Assembly (NCBI GenBank): GCA_020137815.1 | Contig: CM035360.1 | Coordinates: 3,658,001 to 3,722,000, forward strand | Source: Hormiphora californensis | Taxonomy: Eukaryota > Animalia > Ctenophora | Reading direction: 5' to 3' | Length of the DNA stretch: 64,000 nucleotides | In this document: positions 1 to 27,462 of the stretch, piece by piece | Numbering within the stretch: the stretch's first letter is position 1 | Layout: the number at the start of each line of letters is the position of its first letter | Position numbers and translations under genes: made by a program | The notes under the pieces: generated by a model | Database searches by the model: none | The model's input: only the letters and a program-made list of their open reading frames with translations | What the model was told of the DNA's origin: nothing

Positions 1-73
1 TGACGGTAATGTATTCCATATTGCAGTTTTTTCTGTGGTGCATAGTTATTATTATAATTTTGATAATTTTCAG

Positions 74-13065
<12,992 letters not shown>

Positions 13066-13553
13066 ACGTACAGAGGAAAAAGAGAAACAGGCGGATTACC
13101 CGAAGAAACCATCAGCGTACAATTTATTTGAGTAGAGTTTGTAGAATTTATTTTAGCTGAGTTTGTAGAATTTATTTTAGTAGAGTTTGTAAATTTGTTA
13201 AAAACCCGTGCCCATTTGAATTAAAAGCTGTTATGATCGGCTAGTATTTTGTAGATTGTTTACTTTGATAAAATTATTTATGATTATAAACTTAAATGGT
13301 GTTTTGACTTTGATTAATCAAAGAAATTAAACATACTAGTAAACAAAAAGGCACGAGCAAGCTACTCAGTGAAAGCGATTCACTGTAGAATGCCTCAAGA
13401 GATAACAATAACTTAATAAACAATAATCTTATTGTTTATTAATGATACGACTCAGTGAGACTTCTAGAACAATATATTTGCTGTATCAAAGATATTCTAG
13501 AAAACTAACGATGCACTGTACTCAGTTTAACCGCACAAGTTAGGTTCGACAGT

Positions 13554-13644
<91 letters not shown>

Positions 13645-14118
13645 AGAGCGTGGGAGACGGGTATCGTGAGGGGGATAGGATATATATGCAGCATGTTTAA
13701 GAGAGAGAAAACCCCATTTCAGTTTGAGATAGGTAGAGAGAAAACCCATTTAACTCAGCCTATTTCCCGGCATGACTAATGACTCTAAAGAAAAAATGAC
13801 CCTCAGCAGTAGGAATGGGATCTCTCTCGTCGTCTCCCCAGGGAACCTACCTCAAGTAATTTTCCGGGAAAACTATCATTTTCACTTAGATTAGTTTGGG
13901 TGATTTTCAAAAACTCCGTGTTAAATTCTCGCAAAGCAACTCAGTCAAGCTAATTTGTTTGTTCTAATAACCGGTTGTAGCCTGGATTTGTGTGGACACT
14001 TTTTGGACACGTCGCCCAAGCCCCAAAACCCCTACGCAGCTATGTCACGCCAATCCAATCTCAAGTGCTCTTCCAACCAATGGCCAGGGTCAAACGTTTC
14101 AGATTGTGGTAAAGGCAT

Positions 14119-14220
14119 TACAAGTCAAAACACGGATATATAAATCCGTGTTTTGACTTGTATACAAGTCCGGGGCATGGTAGGTCATTATAATGACCTC
14201 CCATGCCCCGGAGTCCGGAC
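14119..14220. repeat. Chain of overlapping palindromes/hairpins
   Basis: TACAAGTCAAAACACGGAT-loop-ATCCGTGTTTTGACTTGTA (14119-14162), GACTTGTATACAAGTC (14155-14170), TCCGGGGCATGGtAGGTCATTATAATGACCTcCCATGCCCCGGA (14169-14212), GTCCGGAC. Confidence 0.8.
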
Positions 14221-14468
14221 GTGTTTCCCCACATACTCAGGTCGAACGTTTGACAAACTGGATACCATTATTTGACTAGAAAATCGTTAAAGACAGAAAG
14301 AGAAACGAGAAATGAAGTTTTAACCATTTATATCGTCTTTATGAGAGACAGGGAGGGGTAATAAAGAGGGGAGGTTCTGGCGGGAAACAAGGGCAAAAAA
14401 GGTGAGAGACAAGGTAGATGATCCTTAAAGAGAGAGAAAGAGATAAAGAAAAAGAGAGAGAGAGAGAG

Positions 14469-14516
<48 letters not shown>

Positions 14517-14685
14517 GACCGAGATGGGGTGACAAGTGGCAACACAAATCATAATAATATGTGTTTTACGAACTGGATGAGCTGGGCTCCTCATATATTA
14601 TTATTTCAGGAATTGTGGAGCCGATACACATGAAACTATAATGCTCTTCATCATATTATATCTGTCGGGCAATCTCTCTCTCTCT

Positions 14686-14757
<72 letters not shown>

Positions 14758-14773
14758 CCTCTCTCTTCTCTCA

Positions 14774-14813
<40 letters not shown>

Positions 14814-15829
14814 AATTTCTCCTCATCTTTCGATCATTGTCCATCTCAATAGCTCTCAATTCTCTATTGTTCGTTCCTCTATTTCTTTCACATTTCTTCT
14901 TACTTATCTTGTACTGATGTCTCTCCGATCGAATATCATTTCATGCATTTTTTTTTGTTCACTTCTCATTTAGTTAATTCTCTTTAGTCATTATTTCATA
15001 ATAGTAACATGACATATCCTTGATGATGTTGTCTTAGATTAATAATCAGATTATGCATTGGTAACTTTTTTCACTTCATATTCTCTATTCTCCTGATAGT
15101 GAATTTACGTAAGACTCTAGATCAGTCCATCACATTGCGAGATGATTGGATAATTGTAGGCTGGTGTGCGTTCTCTACATTAGGTTGCCTGCTTGCAGGT
15201 GAAATTAGACCTGTCACGACTCGATCTAGCCTTTTTGTCGCTTCTTCTCTCAACTTATATGGGTGTCCGATTCTGAATGCCGACATTCTCTCCTCTCTCT
15301 CTCCGGCTCTCTCTCTCTATATCTCTCCTCTCTAGTCTCCCGCTCTCCCTCTCATCCGAATTCAGGTCAATCAGCTCTCCTTTTCACCTCCCCCACATCC
15401 CTTTCACTCCCTCCCTTCTCTCTCCCCCGTTGTTTCTTTTGTTGAATGACAAATTTAGGACCATTTTCACACCCATCACCCGTCTTGTTTGGGACCTGTT
15501 TCACTATATGATGGTGTCCTATCTACCCTATGATATATCAGCTCTCACGCCCTTTCATCTCCAGCGAAAAGCCTTTCTTTAGTATCGACTATATCGCCGT
15601 ATTCAGCTTTAGTCTCCCCAGCCTTTGGGCGGCGGCAGAGAAAAAAGAGGAGAGTGCATGGAGCTGGAGTAGTAGCAGGGAAAAACACGTCTCTCACTCT
15701 TACCCTCTCCCCCTTTCTCTCTCTTTGGGATATGTCTTAAGTATCGGGTATATGATCGGCGTCATGGGAACGCTCTGAACTGAGATGATGCATTAGTCAT
15801 TGCTCACCGAGAAAACTGAGAGAAATAGA

Positions 15830-15939
<110 letters not shown>

Positions 15940-18049
15940 GAGAGAGAGAGAGAGAGGGGGAGAGAGAGAGACTGAGAGAGAGAGGGACAGAGAGAGAGAA
16001 AGAGAGTTAGAAAAATATAGTAGGAGGCGGATGAGAAGGGGCACCAAAGGAAGCGAGTATAGCTGAAAGAGGTGTTTATATGTTTTCTAGAGCTTTTCTT
16101 CCTGCACGCATTGATGCATTTCTTGCTTTTCCACTTTGTTGTTTTCCTACCGATATGACGATGTTGTTGTTGTCAGATTAGTCTGAGACTGTGTTGGCTA
16201 TGAATTATAGGCTCAGTCGGGGTAACCCACTACTCATCACTAATATATCAATATGGGTCTAAGGGCTACAGACTTGCGGTCTTTGCAGTGAGCTGCCAGA
16301 CCTTCTGCAAACTGGCTCAGTCACCTGCTGGGCCCAACTCACCTGTAGAGCTGCACCGCCGACACTGGTCCACTGGTTACTTTGTCCACGGGGGGCGGCT
16401 GAGATCAGTATAGCACAGGACGCGATAAACGGGGGGATCAGGTGAGGGATTGAACGAGAGAGAGAAAAAGGTGAGAGTATTAACCCCGGATAAGTGATAT
16501 ACAGAGATAGATAAAACGCATATAATAGATAAATCGAGACGATGGTAAGAGGCTGGAAGGCTAGGGATATGGAGATGCAAATCTTTATTCCGCCTCGACA
16601 AAATACCACCTATTCAATATGCCATCTTACAAATCTTTTGTCTCAAAAACTGCATCTCTATATATAATACTCTATAGACTTGCTCCCAGTACTTCAGATA
16701 ACTTTGAGCCCCACTTTCAATTGGTTTCAAATAAGCCTGGTTATTTTGTGGCGCCGTCACCTATCTCGATGAATTGTTTTGACGCGCTTTGTACAGGAGT
16801 TGCAGTTACTGTGTCACCAGCCTGGTTATATATATTGCTCCGATGCGCAATGGAGCAACCTAGTTATATCCTCTTTTTCCTCTCTGACTCTTTCTCTGAC
16901 TCCCATATATAATATATTGATACTGATCCAAACTGAATTGGAGATGACAATATGACACTATAGGATGACAGGCGACCCCCTCATTGTTCCACATCAGTAG
17001 CCCGAGATATATATGACAACTGCTGCTGCTGAGCAATGGGCAATCAGCTGTGTAATATCCCCATAGCTTTTATAGAGGATTTGCCGCCTAAAGCTTACTG
17101 GCAGATTGCACGTGAGATATAGATAGAGATAGAGAGATAGGTAGAGAGATAGAAAGATAGATATGTCTCCAATTTTGAATGATGAAAAAGGAGATCGACA
17201 TGCGTGGGAGGGGACACATATTTCGCATTTCCTCAGTTTACACTATGAGTTTGTTTTGGAGTTTAACAGTTTGAACTTAAACCAGGGCCCCGTAATTGAG
17301 TTAAAATATATATCGTCTACGTATTGTGTATTGAAAATGCTCATAAATGTATTGAAAATATTCATAAATAAAGGGATGCAGATGTCCCTTATAAATATAA
17401 ATGAGAGTAGTGTCGAGGGAGATTTAGAATGGAACTTTTGAAAAATAGAGCGAGGATAGAAGTTGCTGGAACTTTGGAGCTGCAAAAAATATTTGAGGGG
17501 GAGGGGCATATTTTAGTGAAACATTAATGGCATTAATTCCCGCATACTATCTACTGACTATACAACAAATTGAATCTTACCAGAAAAATGAAAACTAAAG
17601 CTAAAATTAACAAAGTTGCTTCGATTAAATATAACAGCTGAACAATCCATAGTAGGATACATAATTCGCATAATTCCATAAATCGAAAGCAAGTTATTTC
17701 ATATCTTAATACAAAGGTTAGAGAGAAAAATATCCAACGAGGGCCAGGGTCGGGATAACTAAACAAAAATCTAATTAATAATAATGCACTGTAAAATTCC
17801 GGCATAGAAAATAATGAAGGGGCATAATATAAATGATATATAATGGGGGCGGGGGGATATAATATCGTCTCATCCTCCTCCTCCTCCCCTTCTATTGCAT
17901 CTAGTGAGGCATATCAGCGCTCTGATCTGATTTGAAAATGAGTTTACTGTCATTGACCTGCAGCTCACCAGTCAGATCAGGGGGACAATATCAATAAGAT
18001 AATGAACTCAACGGGGGGCAATTCATTCTGCTCTACCTCATTCCCTGGA

Positions 18050-20381
18050 GAAAAAACAATAGACATTGGAAATTTAAAAAGAAAAGAATTGGTGAAAGAT
18101 GGGGGGATATTAAAAAATTTTTAAAATATGATAAGAATTTGGGATTGGGATGAAAATTTAGAACAACCCCCTTTGGGGCCCTTTGTTTGGGGGGGAAGGG
18201 GGCCTCCTTTTTCCCCCATGTTTTATGAGGATTTTCCGAAAAATTAGGATTTTTGCATGAGATTAAAAGATAGGGAATAAAGGAAAAAAAAAAAAAAAAT
18301 TTTCCCTTTTTGAAAAAAAAAAAAGGGAATTTGAAAAGGGGGGGGGAAATTTTCCTTTTTTTTTAAATTTTTGGGGGGGGGGGTTTTAAATTTGGGAAAA
18401 ACCAGGGGGGGAATTTTAAAAAATATTTTATTTAAATTTTGGAAAAAGGGGAAAAAAAATAAAAAAGAAATTTAAAATTTTTAAAAGCAAGGCCTTTTAT
18501 AAATGATATGTGGGGGGGAGTTTAAAATGACTTTAAAAAAATTTGGGGAAACCCTAAATTTGGGCGAAAAAAATTTTTGGGGGGGGCCCTTTTTTGGGGC
18601 TAATGCAAAAAAAATTTTAAAACCTTTTGAATTTTTTTAAAAAAAAAACTAAATAAAAAACAAGTTTTTCGTTTAAAAAAAGGGGGGGGGGGGGTTAAAT
18701 TAAAAAAAACATAAATAAAGAATTATTTATATTAATCTTGAGAAAAAAAAACCAACGGGGGCCTAAAATCAAAATCAATTAAAAAATGCCCCGTAAAATT
18801 GAAAAAAAAAGAAATTTTTATAAAAAGGGGGGGCCCCCCCCCCCCTTTATTAAATATAAATAAGGGGGGTTTGTTTTTTTCCCCTTTTTAAATTTTGGAA
18901 AGGGGGGCCCTTTAAAAGTTTTAAAATTTAAAATTCTTGACCTAAATTGGAAAATACAAAAACAGATAATGAATAAAGAGAATAAAACTTTTTTAAAATT
19001 AAATTTGGGAAAAAAAAGGGGTTTGAAAAAAAAAAATTTGGGAAAATTTTTGGAAACCCGGGGTTTGAATATTGAGAATTTCCATTTAAAAAAAAGGGAA
19101 GGGGGGATTTTTTTTTCTAACCCTCTTATTTTAAATGGGGTTTTGGGAAAGGGAAGAGAAAGAAAATCCAAAAGGGGGAAAATTAGCGACTTTTGGGAAA
19201 CAGGTTTTTTTGGGAAAAAATTCCCAAAATTTAAAATTTTTTAAACAAAAGGCCCTTTCCTTAAATTTTTAAAACCCTTCAAGTTTAAATTTTAAAACTC
19301 CCACTTTAAAAATGATTTTTCCCCCAATGAAACAAACAATTTCTTTTTTTTTTATAAAAATTTTCTTTCAAAAAATACCTAATATTTTTTTTTTTTTTTA
19401 AAGGGGGGGGGGGTTTTTGGGGGGGGGGGGGGGGGGGGTTTTCCCGGGGGGGTTTTTGTTTTTTTTTTTGGGGGGGGGGGGGTTCCCCCTTTTACCCTTT
19501 AAAAAATGGTTTTAAAAAATTTTAAAAAAATTTATTTTGAATATTTTTTCCCAAAAAATTTAACTTTCCTTTTTTTTCCCTTGGGTTTTTAAAACTACTT
19601 TTAAAAAAAAAAAAAGTTTCCCCCCTTTAAAAAATTTCCGAACCCCTTTTAAATGATATTCCCCCCAAAAGGTTAAAATTTTTTTAAAAAATTGTTAAAA
19701 AATTTTTTAAAATTTTAAATTTTTTCCCACTAACAATTTTAAAAATTTTTTTTTTTTTTTGTAAATCATTTTAAAAACCTTGGAAATAAAACATCAGGGA
19801 TGACCCCCCCCAAAAAAACCCATTTTATCCCCTAATCATTTAACCCCCCCAAAAAAAATTTTTTTATACAAAAGGGGATTAAAATTAGGGGTTGGGAGAC
19901 TTGGGTTGGATAAAAATCCCCCAAACGGGAAATTGGTTTTTGTTTTACCCCCCGGGAATATGTGGGTTGGGGGGGGGGGGGGGGGGGAAACGCTGCTCAT
20001 TGGACAAAATCAGCCCCTAAAATCCGGGGTGAAAAACCATCTCGTGAGCGGGGTATTTAAAATTTCCCCTTTTCCTGCACGGTTTCAATCGCAAATTTTT
20101 TTAATTTTTAACTTGATTTTAAACCAAAATACCCATAAAATAAATTTTGTTTTGAAACAAAATGAGACATTTATAAAGTTTTGATTTGGGAACCCTTTTA
20201 AAAAACCATTTAAAAGTTTGAAACTTAAAACTTTTTTCCCCCCAAGTTTAAATTTTTTTTAATCCTTCGGTAATTTTCCGTTTTTCCCCTAACACTTTTT
20301 TCTCCCTTACTCTTTGTCCATTTTTTTTTTTGGTTACCCCTTTTCTTTCTCCCCTTTTTCCCCTTTTCCTTTCCCCCCCCC

Positions 20382-20471
<90 letters not shown>

Positions 20472-21050
20472 GGGGGGGGGGGGGGGGCCCCCCCCCCCCC
20501 CAAAAAAAAAAAACCCCTTTTTCCTCTTTTCCTCTCTCCCCTCCCCCTCTCCCCTTTCTCTCCCCCCCTCTTCTTTTTTTTTTTTCCCTTCCTTTTTCTG
20601 CTTTTTTTTTGTCCCCCCCCCAATTTTAATGGTTTTAAAATTTAAACTGGTTATGGGTTGAAAGGGGGCCCCCCCGCCTTGCAAAAGTCTTTACATAGGC
20701 TAGGGGGCTGCAGGGGGAAAAATTAGAAATTTTTTGTTGATTTGATAAAACTTGATCTTTTTAAATTAACTAGAAGGTTTTTTTGTAAAATTTAGGTACA
20801 GGGGTTTCACCGTGACCCTTGTTATAATCAATGTCTTCAACCTTGACCTTGCCATGCTAGAAATCTCACATCTTTTTCAAACTGATAGTTGAGCTGGGCA
20901 GTGTTCATCTGTGTTTCTACAATTTCTCGCCAGAAAAGGACAGGTTAATGGGTTTCAATGGGTTTTTTTGGGGTTGGGGAACAAAAACACGGGGAATTTA
21001 AAAAAGGGAAGGCGGGGGTGAAAATTTTACTTACTTCCGTACCCCGATTT
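18050..21050. other. Low-quality homopolymer-inflated sequence (probable long-read consensus artefact)
   Basis: Nearly all bases lie in A/T/G/C runs, including >40-nt A runs and long G/C runs at 20370-20520; the ORFs here are K/F/G/P low complexity. Confidence 0.8.
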
Positions 21051-24000
21051 ACCGAAAAAATGTTTAGATAAATGTTTTATTTGAGTATTATATGAGAAAG
21101 AGAAGGAAGTATATTAAATATTGGTTGTGAGTAGCAGGAACGCCCTATAAAGGAGTGGCTATAGAGCCTGGTACAGTTCAATGTCCTGCCCATCCAAATA
21201 TCAATCTTACCAGACAAATGCTTGTTTTGTTCAAACCCATTTTATCAGGGGGAGAGAGGGTCGAACAAGGCAAACAAATGCGTAGTCCTAATCCTAGTTT
21301 TTTCCACGAATCTTTTCCCCGATCATTACACGGCGTAAGATTTAATATACGGCGTTACATTCGGCTCTCACAGCACACTCATTCTGCAATACACACATAT
21401 CTCGCTCTGAGATTGAATGCCAATTGTTGGCTGAGCACATATCTTTATATATACTGTGTGTATCTCTCATAGTGTTCCATGTTAAAACGATGCATTAAAT
21501 AATACTGAAAACACAGTGACAAGAATCCGGTTCAGAATGCGAGGCAACTGAGTTAAAACTGTTGAATTGTGTTGAGCTACGTTTAGTCACTAGTCAGGGT
21601 ACTTCAGAATATATCGGCAAGGGGTATCATGTTCATAGAGAACGAACGAGAAGAACTCGACGGGAAAACGCCGGTAGTAGGTTTGAAGTTGAACACTTTG
21701 TATAGTTTCTTTGTCAAATTGATTCTTTTTGCTGCATGACACCGGTCACCAGTTTAATTAAAAGAATTTCAAATTAAAAGAAATTTAAGTTAAAATGATC
21801 CATAATGCTTGTTTGGAAGCTTTAGTTCAGGGTAGCACTCTCACATTTCGAGACTGTTGTAATAGTATTGCCTGTTGTAATAACCTATTGCCTGCTTCTG
21901 TATATCAACTCGGTGGATTCTTTGGTGTTTGCCGTTTCATGGAATGCTTTTGAATTTTCAGGGCCCTAGCTGGCGACAGGGCTATGGCTTGGAATTACCC
22001 CAAATAGCTTGCGCAATTGGCATAAAATATGTGTGCCCCTTGTGAAGGGACTGTGTAATGTTGGTTGGCCACCGATATTTATCCTTTCCTTTACCATTCC
22101 TACCCATATCTCTCTTTCTCCATTTCTCTCTATCACTTTCTATATTTTTTAATCGTTCTTTCTCGCTCTAGAATCAAATATTTATACTCAGGAATGCAAC
22201 TGGAAACTAAATTGTCGTGCGAATCTTAAAACTGAGTTTCAGTCCTCATAAAAATTTGCGATTCCTTTTTACTTGAGGGTCGACAAGTCTACGTTAGTAC
22301 GTGGACATTACATTTACGACCTCTTGATTAATTCATTATTCCAGCGAAGACTTGCTGTATCGATCACATTTTATTTCCGTGGCCACGCGTGGGGGTTCGG
22401 CAGAGCAAACGTAGTTCGGTTTTCGTTCGACGGAAATCGGTGTCACTTATCATTTATCAATATCATCCTAATGCCCAAGCTAATAATATAGGGCTATAAC
22501 TTGTTTACAGTGCCCTAGACGAGCCTTCAATATAGTTATATCGTTTACAATGTGCAATTGTCAGATAGTCGTGCTTCAGGCTTCTTAGAAACATAGGGCT
22601 GTGAGTTCTGAATCCAGTGGTCAGACATCGCCAGTAATTGGATGGAGAGAACTAATAGGAGAGAGTGATGAATAAGAGAGAAAGAGATGATAGGAGGAAG
22701 AGGATTGAAAAATAGAGTCGGAGAGAAGACGATAGAGAGAGACTAACTGTCTCCTGAGTTTGTCTGCTACCGATAAAGCTATCTGTTGCTCTAGTGTTCC
22801 CGCTAACACGACATACAGTGCACTGGTGGCCTTCCTTAGTATCGCTCTCTTCCTCTCTCTCTATCTTTCCATCTCTCTTTTTCCATCTCTTTCTCTCTCT
22901 TTCTGTCTGTCTGTCTCTCTCTTTCTGTCTTTCTGTCTCTCTCTCCCACTTTCTATTTTTCACTCACTCACACTTTCCCCGTTAGATTCTCTTGTTACCT
23001 TCATGTTTTACAGCATGCATATTGCGCCCTACTAAAACTATGAACCTTGATGATGAAGATGAGTGCCTCCTATGAAACACTAAATAGAGCACCAGTTTGC
23101 GATAACTGATGTTTTCCGATAATTATGTTTTAGAATGTATTATTATGAGTGTGTTTGGGCCATCTGATCTCCAGCGCGCCGAATGAATGGTGCTACTAGC
23201 AGTGCATGATCAGATTAACGGGAGCCTGTTGTAGTGCTCCTCCCCTTAGTCCCCCTCTTTGTTGTACCTAAACATACATTTTAATTGAACTCACACTATC
23301 TCCAATATCTCTTGTTTTTGATGTCTGAACTCCAATTTTGCTGCCTGACGTCATGTTCCAGTACCTGAGTTTTATTGTTCCCAAGTGGGAATGACTGAAT
23401 GCGAGGGAGGAATGACTTCTGCGGATGAAAAGAGAGAGAGAGAGAGGGAGCTGGAAATATGAAACAAATCTTGTTGGTGGACTGTGATACCCCAAATTTG
23501 ACAGCATGGGAGCAGCAGCGCGGATGCAGCATCGGAGAATGAATTGAGCACAATGAAAGGCACTATGCCATCTTCCCCCGTTCTTCCTCCAGCAGACCGA
23601 TCGAATTATACCTTCAGGACTTTGCATAGTGAGAGAAAAGAGAGAAGAGAGAGGGAGAGAGAGGGAGAGAGAGAAACACATTTTGAGGCCCTTTTTTCTA
23701 CTTGCCGTTTTGTTTAGCACTTTAGCACTTACTTTGCTGTACACATTGTCCTTTGCCGTGTCTTGCAACACTGGTTTTGTCGTGCTTTGACGGAGCTGGA
23801 GCGAACTTGGATGCCTGTGATTTTGGCAAATTTGTAATAGAATGATTGTATAATTCTCCCTCTTTTTTTCTCTCGCCCCTCTGAAAGTAACACACAACTT
23901 CTCGCCATCCCTGTGTGTTGAGTTACTCAACAACTTCTTCGCGGGCCCGGCCCATTCAACAGTGACTATCAGTCTCGGGAATCATGACACACGATCTGTC

Positions 24001-24079
24001 GCTGGGTACTTGTTCCTAGAGGGCACGTGACTGTGAAAGGGGGGATGGATAGTAAAAATAGAGAGGGAAATAGAGGGAG

Positions 24080-24161
<82 letters not shown>

Positions 24162-24563
24162 GGAGGGAGAGAGACGTCCCTGGAGTGAGATGGTTGGAAG
24201 ACATCAACAAGACAAGGAGCAGAGGAGGAAGACTGTGTGTGGGGGAGAGAATTGAAAATGTTTGACACGTCTCCCTATTTTTTTTCTAGAACGATGACCT
24301 CTTGTATTGTTTTACATTAAAGTACTATGCTTACGAACTACACTTTTAAAGGCATTTAAACCCTTGGCCATCGCAGTCTTGAACAATAGTGCGAAGAGCT
24401 TGAGAAAATATTTCTATTTATACTAAACCACACACGTTGATGGTTACAACTTGCAAGATATATCTAGACTATTTCTTATACCTCCGTTTTTACATATATC
24501 TCTCTCTCTTTTTCGCTATATCTCTCTCTCTCTCTGCCTCTGTTTCTATATCTCTTATATCTT

Positions 24564-24887
24564 ATCATACCCATGCGACTCTTATCAAGCAGGAGATAAT
24601 AATATTATAATATTATAATAAATCTATTAAATTCTGCTTGATCCCGAGATCTGCAGCTTCTATAGATCTATTTACCTCGGGTTAAGATGAAATCTGATTG
24701 GGTGAGACACACCCAAAACCAACGAATTGCAGACTGCATCATCTTGATCCTTGTTACTCAACAACTCAGATCATACCCATGCGACTTTTATCAAGCAGGA
24801 TATATAAGAGATCTATTAAATTCTGCTTGATCCCGAGATCTGCAGCTACTAGATCTATTTATCTCGGGTTAAGATAAAATGGGTGAG
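24564..24887. repeat. Partial tandem duplication (~206-bp period) with internal inverted repeats
   Basis: ATCATACCCATGCGACT...TCAAGCAGGA...TTCTGCTTGATCCCGAGATCTGCAGCT...CTCGGGTTAAGAT occurs at ~24564 and ~24770. Confidence 0.75.
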
Positions 24888-26382
24888 CCACTCCTTCCTC
24901 GCGTGAGGGGATATCTTAACAAGCTAAACCAACGGATATCTGCATTGCGTTACGTAATACACCCATCACGCGATAATGGAGGTATAAAAGTGTCAATGCG
25001 CAGAGTGGATTCCACGAATTGTGGTGCAGACTGCAGAGCACAAAACATTGTGCTCCTGCAAAAGTATCAGACTTTTTGCTAAATTTCATTTTGCATTCAA
25101 TTTACTAGTTCAGACTCCACCCTGCATAAGGTGCATCCATAAGGTGCATCCATAAGGTGCATCTCAAGTGGTTTTCATAACCAACCTGGCTAAGTGATTT
25201 GTTCTAACCCGCCCTAACCGGGGTGAGAGAGGGTCGAGTAAGGCATCCAAGTGATACCTCTATCATAGAAGTTGTTACTTGGTACCATGTACACAATTGA
25301 GGAGGCATGACGGATACTAGGTTACCGTCTTCTTCTTCTTAGGGTGTAATGTGCAAACCCCTCTGGCCTTTATGTGGTTCCTGGCTGACAGGCTGAGTGC
25401 GCATCATTCCTACCAGTATAATCTTCCATGGGTGCCATTATACACGAGGTGCTCACCTGAGGTCGCACTGTGTGTAACATGGGTACTATACCAGCCGCCA
25501 CACAACCTATACAATTGCAAACCTCACTCCAACACTCATCTTATGAGATCATCACCTCAATGGTATAAAATTGAATTTTCATAAGAAAATCACTGCTTGG
25601 GGCATTTCCCCGGTATTTCACGATTTCGATACTTTGTTCTTTACAAAAGATGCAACAAGCTCCTCCCACTCAAATGTGTTCTGCACAAAATATGCAGCCC
25701 CATACACTGGTAACGAGCACTTTCTCTCCTTCTCTCTCTCTCACTCCTTCTCTCTCTCCTTTTCTCACGTGCGGGGGAAGGCTGGGGGCCCCTGCAGTGT
25801 GTGTATAAACTGTGTGGGGTGTTGACAAATCTGTGATCCAAGAACTCCTGATGAACATCCGCCTATATATCCCCCCTCCTCGCCCCCCGCCGCAGAAGTG
25901 CCACCCCCTGCACTGCTGCTGCAGTACCATAGCTCATCCTTGTATAGTGTGTCGCTCTCTTTCTCTCTCTTTAATCTTTATATCGCTCTCTCTCTCTCTC
26001 TCTCTTCACTCCTACTGTATGTTTGCTTTTGCGTCCCCTTCATAGTAGTTACCAGGACATTTGAAAACTGTGGTTTCTGCAGTTCTTAGTTTATTTTATC
26101 TTTGTATAATTATAGGCCGGTTCATTATTGGAATGATGGTTCTCGAAACTCCACTGTTAGGTCCATTAATATGTTTTTGTCTTCTGATCGTCCTGATTCA
26201 ATGATCGTTGGCGTACAATATGGGTGAATCATATCATATGTAGCATAGAAAAAGCCTTTGTGTTTTTTGTCGCCACTCTTCATTTACTGTGACATATAAA
26301 CCATATTCCCTAACATTCCTTTTTCTAACAATGTCAATTAGATTCAGTCAATCTAACCCACTCGTATCTCCATAGCAATAAA

Positions 26383-27462
26383 ATGACAGCACCGCCAGTA
26401 ATACATCAAGTTGGTATCATTATTAGGATCTATATCATCCTCCTCTCCACTCGGGCTATAGCCGCAGAGTGCCAAACGAGAGAGAAGCGGGTTATCATCC
26501 GACACAAAGACTGTAGGGACGCCTTTTCATTGGTAAGTGTATCTCGAGGAGGAAGCCCTCGAGATTCTCAAGGGTTTAAGCTTGGACGAATTGCTCCAAG
26601 GTTGCCAGATCGTGATCCGTGTTAACCTGTACTGTCATACAGTGGCAGTGCAGTAAACACTTGCAGTGGTTTGCAAGTTGAAAGGACCTGCACTTTGCAT
26701 TGCTGTGCCTTTCGAATCGTCATATTCTAGAATTCAATATTGTGCACATATTCTGTAGAGGAAATCAGATACTTTTCAATCGAAATATTAGATTATTAAT
26801 TATGTGATTCCATTCTTATAACACCAGTCTTCTTTCAGAGAATTCCTTATTGCGAGGGATATTGCGAAAGCAGTTACCAGCCGCGATTCAGTAAAACCAC
26901 AAATGCAATAGAATACGCGAGGAAGTGTGATTGCTGTTCACCCATCAATGTAAGTTAACAGAATCTTAGATATCAAACACCCTCAGACTCAGTACAGGGT
27001 AAAGTCCATTTTTAAAACTGTTCAACACTATTTTTATTTGCTTGTCGGAAACTTTTTATGGCTCTCATGCTCGACAGATTTAATTGTGAAGTGTCTATAC
27101 ACTTATTTATTATATTCAGGCCGATGTTGGTCGCCACCTCCCTCTCTCACTAACATTTCCCTATTTTTTAGAATCCGACTCAAGTACAGAACATTCTTTG
27201 TCCTGGAAATGGCAGGGAGATCAACCTGGGATACCTGTACAAGAACCTAAAGTGTGCCTGTAGGAGGTGTGAACACGTGCCCGTTTTTAGCCCACAAGCA
27301 ACACGCCATCGGAACAACAGAAATCGGCGGGATTTAGAAAACAACAACCACCATCATCACGACCACATTACGATAGAGGACGCAGAACTTTACTCGGGAC
27401 CCGTTTTGGAGCTCACAAACGCAGATTTGTTTACAGACAATTCGGGGTCTGCCGTAAGGTAG
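26383..27462 (+). CDS. Secreted cystine-knot protein with 11-Cys bursicon/norrin/CTCK-type framework and a C-terminal extension after a furin site
   Basis: Exons 26383-26532, 26839-26949 and 27172-27462, all phase 0 with GTAAGT donors and tttcag/ttttag acceptors. Spliced protein: MTAPPVIHQVGIIIRIYIILLSTRAIAA-ECQTREKRVIIRHKDCRDAFSL|RIPYCEGYCESSYQPRFSKTTNAIEYARKCDCCSPIN|NPTQVQNILCPGNGREINLGYLYKNLKCACRRC-EHVPVFSPQATRHRNNRNRR-DLENNNHHHHDH...AVR*. Signal peptide, CxGxC, CxCC and CxCxxC motifs. Confidence 0.88.

Noticed and set aside
18050-21050. Novel low-complexity coding or G-quadruplex region
   Set aside because: Homopolymer inflation of all four bases is typical of poor base-calling; the ORFs are artefacts.
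23268-23933. 221-aa minus-strand ORF as a gene
   Set aside because: Runs through two microsatellites, has no recognisable motif and no convincing splice structure.
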